This document shows, in pieces, positions 56,591-64,000 of a stretch of 64,000 nucleotides of DNA. Source of the stretch: Lama glama (Eukaryota); contig CM052817.1 of the NCBI GenBank assembly GCA_028534125.1, positions 51,028,001 through 51,092,000 of the forward strand, read 5' to 3'. The notes beneath the pieces are model-generated. The model did no database searches, was not told the origin of the DNA, and worked only from the letters and a program-made list of their open reading frames with translations. The position numbers were made by a program, and so were the translations under genes. Numbering within the stretch: position 1 is the first letter of the stretch; each line of letters begins with the position of its first letter.

Positions 56591-57107
56591 AAAATATATT
56601 TATAAACGGTTAATGTTACATAATTCAGCACAACACATAAAATCTTCCATATTCTTCCACTTACTATATTATGTTTTCTATTTTCATTATGTATATACAT
56701 GGGTTATTGCCTTTAAAAGAGTGTAAGCTCTTTGTCATACAATTACTTACACTTCCACTCCCATTCCTACCTTCTGGTTCTTTTCCAGCATTTATGCAGA
56801 ACATTAGTAAATGTCTGAAGATGTCAATTACAAGCTCTGTGATCTTAAAAAATTCAATTAACCAACCTGAACCACAACTCCAATGACTAAGAGCAGTAAT
56901 TTAACCTACTTAACTGCAAATGGGATTAAAAGTATTGGGTTAGGTAATATGGTCCCAGGGTTTCATAAACAATATAATGTAATTTGATATTCTTATTGCT
57001 ATTATCAGAAAATAGACATAGTAAATACTTAATCAAATGTCAAATCAATAATGTAAATGAGTAGTTAAACCAGCTTAACATACATAAAGGGTATAAAAAG
57101 AGCTTTT

Positions 57108-57671
57108 TTTAAATTGAAGTATAGTTGATTTACAATTTTTTCTTTAGTTTCAGGTGTACTCCAAAGTTACTCAGTTATACACACATATATATTCTTTTTC
57201 AGGTTCATTTTCATTATAGGTACTATAAGATAGTGAATATATATATACACATACACACACACACCACATACACACCACATCTTTATCCATTCATTTGTTG
57301 ATGGAAACAGATTAATTCTAAGTCTTGGCTATTGTAAATAGTGCTGATATGAACACTGGGGTTCATGTATCTTTTCAAATTAGAGTTTTCATATTTTCTG
57401 GATATCTGCCAAAAAGTGGGATTGCTAGATCATACAGTAACTGTATTTTGTTTTTTTAGGAACCTTCATACTGCTCCCCATGGTGGCTGCAGCAATTTAC
57501 ATTCCCACCAACAGTGTAGCAGAGTTCCATTTTCTCCACAGCCTCTCCAGCATTTATTATTTGTAAACTTTTTGACGATGACCATTCTGACTTGTGTAAA
57601 GAGATACATCCTTGTTGATTTAATTTGCATTTCTCTAATAATTAGCAATGTTGAGCATCTTTTCATGTGTT
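57108..57671 (-). mobile_element. 5'-truncated antisense L1 with TSD
   Basis: Peptide [16 protein letters not shown]...[23 protein letters not shown] aaagagctttt at 57097-57107 and 57672-57682. Confidence 0.92.
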
Positions 57672-57891
57672 AAAGAGCTTTTGTTTTTATTCACAAATTG
57701 TACACTCATAATGGATATTCAGTAAGGAAAAAAGTTGAACAATAGATCATATGGCAACATTTTTAATGAGCCATTTTAATAACATGACGTGTTTCCTTGA
57801 TTTATTTTTTCCAGCCAAGTAGCCATTTTGTAGAGAACTAAAAAGAATTAAAGTTCTTTCCAACTAACTCTTGTTTTCTAGAAATAAATTA

Positions 57892-58384
57892 CAGATTTTT
57901 CTTACTCATGATGGGGTTATATCCCCATAAACCTATGGTAAGTGGAAAATATTCTAAGTTAAAAATGTCTTTAATAGACCTGACATACAAAACATAATAG
58001 CCTAGCTTAGTCTATCTTTACATGCTTAGAATACTTACATTAGCCTTCAGTGGGGCAAAAGCATCTGACACGAAGCCTTTTTTATACTAAAAGATTAAAT
58101 ATCTCCTGTAATTTATTGAATACTGTGCCAAAAGTTGAAAATGGTTTTATGGGTACAGAACAGTTAGAAGTGTTAGTTGTTTACTCTTGTGATTGTGGAC
58201 TGACTGGGAGCTGTGGCTCACTGCCCCTGCCCAGCATCATGGGAAAGGATCATACTGCATCTTGCTAGCCTAAGATCAAAATCCAAACTTTGAAGTAAGG
58301 CTTCCACAGAGTACATATTCCTTTCTCAACATCACTAAGACAAAAATCTGTTAAGTCTAACGATCAAAATCAGGGACCCTCTGT
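57892..58384. mobile_element. MER47/Tigger5-like MITE
   Basis: Starts 'cagatttttcttactcatgatggggttatatccccataaacc' and ends 'cagggaccctctg'. Confidence 0.8.
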
Positions 58385-60567
58385 GTTCTCTTTAACTTTT
58401 TATTAACAATTTCTGGCACACAACCTTTGCTCAAAAGGTGCTTTTGAGAATAAAATAAACTTATTATAAATGAGCTCAGTGTGGTTTATCTCAACATACT
58501 CCACCACTGCTTGAATGGTGCTTGTCAGAATTCAAGAGACATTTGACTAATGAGCCCTGTATGATTTTAGACTCTAAGGACATCTTATTTTCTGATGTGT
58601 ACTCCCCAGTGATTAGCATAGCATGGGTAAATTAATATTTCATGACTGATTGGACTTATAAATCCCTCATTATAGGGTTTGTCTTTCGTACTATCAGCCA
58701 TAAATTTTTGGAAAAGAAATATTTATGAAATAGATGCTTAAATGTTGAGGTGAATGACTCATTCTGAGGATAACATTTTATCAGCTCCACAGCTTTAATA
58801 TTTGCTAGTGTTTATAATGAACTGTTACATGGTTGTTCAAATCTAAAACTTGGTGCTTAAATTTTATCTTATATTGTTTTGTTACATAAATTTAAACTAA
58901 ATCTCTACCTGAAATCTCTCATTTGTGAAATAAATACAGCCACACACAATACAAAAGGATGCTATTTACATATTTCTTCATGATTGCTAAAATACTGATT
59001 TATAATGATAAAAGCATTAAGAATTTATGAAAATATTTTACTGTGCCATTAAGTTCTAAGATATATAAGTATACAGAATACAAGTTAAAGAAGATGAAAA
59101 CCTACATTATTCCATTCTTGGAAATTGTCAATCTAGTGTTATTTAGCAATCAATAATTGAATCATTCTTCACTTTTTAATAATGTAATAATTTATGGAAA
59201 TTCTAAGGAAAAAGTAAACTATGATCAAAGAAAGACTTAAAATGCTTTTGTATGAATAGAAATCAATTATACCTTTCAGTTTTCAATGTGTGAATTATTC
59301 ATAGTATTTATTACCTGGCTGTCATTTACCCACTGATTTATAATTAAGAAAATCAAGCCAAAATTAATGTTAACCAAGCAAAAGTATGGGCAGGAAGTCT
59401 TGATTTTTTAATGAATTCTCAAGTCAAATAAAAACAATTCAGTATCTACTTAATTGGTATGTATAAAACATTAATCTCACTTTTATCATAAACATATTTA
59501 TTGTAAAAATATTGATATTCACTGTGCTGAAAGAAAAGCACCTGTCTACAAGAAATCTTAATGGGACCTCTCTAAGCAGAAAAAAAGTGCCACAACTAGA
59601 AATATGAAAATTATGGATGGAAAAATCTCATTGGTAGAGGCAAATATACAGTAAAGGTAGTCAATCAACCACATATGACAGTTACTAGAAAGGTTGAAAG
59701 ACTGAAAGTTAGGGGAACGGAAAAAGATATTTCATGCATATGGGAAAGAAAAGAAAGCTAGGGTAACAACTCTTGTATCAGAAAAATGGATTTTAAAACA
59801 AAGTCTGTAAAAAGAGATAAGGATATTACATAATGACCAAGGGATCAATCCATGAAGTAGATATAACAGCTGCAAATATATATGCATCCAACATAGAAGC
59901 ACCTCAATATATAAATCTAATATTAACCAGCATAAAAGTAGAAACTGGCTGTAACAATAATAGTAGAGAACTTTAACACTCACAGTAGAGAACTTTAACA
60001 CTCACAGGTCATTCAGACAGAAAATCAGTAGGGAACACTGGGCTTAAACAAGGCACTAGAACAAACAGACTTAATAGATATACGTAGACCATCCCATCCA
60101 AAAGCAGCAGACTGCACACTTAAAGTGTACATGAAACATTCTCCAGGACAGATCACATGCCAGGCCATAAAACAAGTCTCTGTAAATTAAGGAAACTTGA
60201 AATAATATCAAACAACTCTTCTAACCACAATGCTATGAGAGTTGAAAACAACTACAAGGAAAAAAAACTGCAAAGCACTATTATGTGCAGGCTAAATAAA
60301 ATGCTACTAAACAACCAATGAAGCACTGAATAAACATAAGAAGAAATGAAAAAATGCCTTGAGATGATGAAAACAAAAACATAACAATCCAAAAATCTAT
60401 GGGATGCACTGAAAGTACTTCTAAGAAGGAAGTTTATAGCAATATAAGTCTACTTCAGGAAATAAGAAAAATCTAAAACAATATAAACTTAGATCTGTAG
60501 TAACTGCAAAAAGAACAAACAGAACCCAAAGTTAGTAGAAGTAAATAAATCACAAAGATCAGAGCTG

Positions 60568-60776
60568 AGGGGGAGGGGAAAGATAGGAGTAGGAGATTAA
60601 GAGATACAAACTATTACCTATAAAATAAATGAGACAAATGATACATTATGCTACACAGGAAAATATAGCCATTATTTTATATAACTTCAAATAGAGTAAG
60701 CTACGAAACATATTAAATCACTATGTTGTCTACATGAAACTAACATAATATTGCAAATCAACTACACTTCAATTTT
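60568..60776 (+). mobile_element. Nested short L1 3' end
   Basis: 3'UTR resembles 14030-14225. Probable TSD aa(a/g)gatcagag at 60554-60564 and 61743-61753. Confidence 0.8.
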
Positions 60777-61722
60777 GGACAAAGAAGATGGCACAGTAGA
60801 AAGACGCTCGTNNNNNNNNNNNNNNNNNNNNNNNNNNNNNNNNNNNNNNNNNNNNNNNNNNNNNNNNNNNNNNNNNNNNNNNNNNNNNNNNNNNNNNNNN
60901 NNNNNNNNNNNNNNNNNNNNNNNNNNNNNNNNNNNNNNNNNNNNNNNNNNNNNNNNNNNNNNNNNNNNNNNNNNNNNNNNNNNNNNNNNNNNNNNNNNNN
61001 NNNNNNNNNNNNNNNNNNNNNNNNNNNNNNNNNNNNNNNNNNNNNNNNNNNNNNNNNNNNNNNNNNNNNNNNNNNNNNNNNNNNNNNNNNNNNNNNNNNN
61101 NNNNNNNNNNNNNNNNNNNNNNNNNNNNNNNNNNNNNNNNNNNNNNNNNNNNNNNNNNNNNNNNNNNNNNNNNNNNNNNNNNNNNNNNNNNNNNNNNNNN
61201 NNNNNNNNNNNNNNNNNNNNNNNNNNNNNNNNNNNNNNNNNNNNNNNNNNNNNNNNNNNNNNNNNNNNNNNNNNNNNNNNNNNNNNNNNNNNNNNNNNNN
61301 NNNNNNNNNNNTGCTCCTGGAGAATGTCATTCTAAGTGAAGAAAGCCAGAAAGAGAAAGAAAAATACCATATGAGATCACTCATAGGTGGAATCTAAATC
61401 ACAAAAACAAAAACAAACAAACAAAAACAAAGCATAAATACAGGACAGAAATAGACTCACAGACAGAGAATACAGACTTGTGGTTACCAGGGGGGTGGAG
61501 GGTGGGAAGGGATAGACTGGGATTTTAAAATTGTAGAATAGATAAACAAGATTGCACTGTATAGCACAGGGAAATATACACAAAATGTTATGATAACTAA
61601 AAAGAGAAAGAAATGTGACAATGAGTGTGTATATGTCCATGAATGACTGAAAAATTGTGCTGAACACTCAAATTCGACACAACATTGTAAAATGATTATA
61701 AATCAATAAAAAATGTTAAAAA
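60777..61722 (+). mobile_element. Nested young L1 with both 5' start and 3' end; interior lost in gap 3
   Basis: 5' start 'aagatggcacagtagaaagacg' and young-family 3'UTR. 17-bp TSD at 60760-60776 and 61723-61739. Confidence 0.8.
60812..61311. other. Assembly gap (500 N)
   Basis: Run of N. Confidence 1.
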
Positions 61723-63070
61723 AACTATACTTCAATTTTAAAAAGGATCAGAGGAAAACTAGAGACTAAAAATATATTGAAAATATAAACAAAACTAAGA
61801 ACTACTTTTCTGAAATAATACAATTAATGAAACTTTAGCCAGCCTCATCAAAAAAAAAGAGGACCCAAATCAATGAAACCAGAAATGAAAAGTAAGAACT
61901 TACAATCAATACTACAAACAATTTTAAGAGATTATTATGAACAATTATATGCAAATAAATAGAAAACCAATCTCCCAAGACTGAACCAGGAAGAAATAGA
62001 AAATATGAAAAGACAAATTACTAGTAATGAAGTTGAATTAGTAATAAAAATATTTCCCAATAAACAAAAAGTACATGACCAGATGGCTTTACAGGTAAAT
62101 TCTACCAAAAACTGAGGAAGAGTTAATACCTATACTTCTGAAACTATTCCAAAACATTTACAGAGAAAGGAATGCCTCCACACTCATTCTATGGAGCAAA
62201 CATCCCCGACTTCAAACTAGACAAAAGATATCACCTCAAAAGAAAATTACAGGCTAATATCATTGGTGAACACAGATGTAAAAATCTTCAACAAATACTA
62301 GCAAACCTAACTCAATAATACATTAAAAGGATCATCTACCTTGATCAAGTGAGATTTATCCCAGTGAGTGATGGAGAGATGGCTCAACATCCACAATCCA
62401 ATCAATGTGACACACTACATTAACAACTTGAAAAATAAAAATTATATGATCATCTCAATAGATGCTAAACACTCTCAATAAAGTGGGCATGGAGGGAACA
62501 TACCTCAACATAATAAAGGCTATATATTACAAACCCACAGTTAACATCATACTAAAAGATGAAAAGATGAAAGCATTTTGTGTAAGATCAAGGCAAGGAT
62601 GTTCACACTCATCACTTTTATTCAACATAGTGTTAGATGTCCTAGCTGTAACAATCACGAAAGAAAAATAAGTAAATGGAGTCCATACTGGAACGTAAGT
62701 AAAACTGTCACTGCAGATAACATGATACTATAGACAGGAAATCCTGAAGACACCAAAAAAAAACTACTAGAACTCAATGAATTTCACAAAGTTGCAGGAT
62801 ACAAAATTAAAGAAAGCTGTTGCACTTCTATACACCAACAGTGAACTAAGAGAAAGAGAAATCAGAAAATACAATTTACAACCACATCAAAAAGAATTTA
62901 AAAACCCTAGGAATAAATCTAACTAAGGAGGTAAAAGACCTGTACTCAGAAAACCGTAAGACACTGATGAAAGATACTGAAGATGACACAAACAGATGTA
63001 AAGGTATACTATGTTCATGGATTGGAAGAATTTATATTGTTAAAATGAGCATAGTACCAAGGTAATCTAA

Positions 63071-63298
63071 AGATTTGCAGATACTAACTACTATATATAA
63101 AATAAACAGCAAGGTCCTACTGTATAGCTATATTCAATATTCAATACCTTGTAAAAGCCTATAATGACAAAGAATTTGAAAAAGCATATATATACACACA
63201 CACACACACATATATATACACATATATTTTTGAACCACTATGCTGTACACCAGAAATTAACATTGTAAACCAACTATAATTAAAATTACAAAAAAAAT
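63071..63298 (+). mobile_element. Nested short L1 3' end inside the host ORF2
   Basis: 'agatttgcagatactaactac...tgctgtacaccagaaattaacattg' splits the host motif 'aatctacagatt|caatgcaat'. Confidence 0.8.
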
Positions 63299-64000
63299 TA
63301 CAATGCAATTCAAACCAATGGGATTTTTCACAGAACTAGAAGAAATAATTTTAAAATTTGTACAAAAATACAAAGATCTCAAATAGCAAAACAATCTTGA
63401 TAAAGCAGAAAAACCTGGAGGTACCAGTTTGATTTCAAACTATACCACAAAACTGTAGTTATCAAAACAGTATAGTACTGGTATCAAAACAGATACATCA
63501 ATTATTAGAATAGAATAGAGAATCCAGAAATCACCCAACACTTATATGGCCGAACAAGGCAAGAAAACAACGGGTAAAAGACAGTCTCTTCAACAAGTGG
63601 TGCTGGGAAAGTTGGACAGCTACATACAAAAGAATCAAACTGTAACACTTCCCTACACCATGCTCAAAAATATATTTCAGTCTTTAATCCATTTTGAATT
63701 AAAGACTTTAAACCATAAACTTTCTAGAAGAAAACACAGGAAATTCTTTGACACTGTTCTTAGTAATATTTGGACCTGCCTTCTCAGATAAGGGAAACAA
63801 AAGCAAAAATAAACAAACGGGACTACATCAAATTAAAAAGCTTTTGCACAGCAAAGGAAACTATCAACGAAATTAAAAGGCCACTTACTGAATGGGAGAA
63901 GCTATTCACAAAAGACATAGCCAATAAGAGGTTAATATCCAAATATATAAAGAGCTTATACAATTCAAGAGAAAAAAAAACCAATTAAAAATGGACAGAG

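Larger units (their letters stand above)
59540..64000 (+). mobile_element. Long L1 (ORF1 end, EN, RT, C-terminal region) hosting nested L1 insertions; continues past the window end
   Basis: EN-like 'aaatatatatgcatccaacatagaagcacc'; RT peptide [21 protein letters not shown]...[15 protein letters not shown]. Confidence 0.9.

Overview
This is AT-rich, CpG-poor mammalian genomic DNA, probably a cetartiodactyl and possibly a camelid. That call rests on recalled L1 3'-UTR style, the UBC terminal-repeat variant and the absence of recognisable Alu, B1, Bov-tA, PRE or CAN SINEs; it is not verified. The window has three 500-N scaffold gaps. It is dominated by LINE-1 fragments of several ages, with MaLR LTRs, MIRs and hAT/Tigger MITEs. 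The only clearly identifiable gene-derived sequence is an intronless UBC (polyubiquitin C) retrocopy on the minus strand. It keeps both UTRs but has a single, open ubiquitin unit (A28G, K29T, D32E, ending LRGG-V). Other notable structures are a three-level L1 nest that probably hides a full-length young L1 in a gap, an L1 with a probable 3' transduction, an 88-nt hairpin and a perfect 83-bp tandem duplication. I could not confirm any host-gene exon and see no convincing new multi-gene system. Repeat subfamily names come from recalled consensus sequences, and repeat boundaries are approximate.
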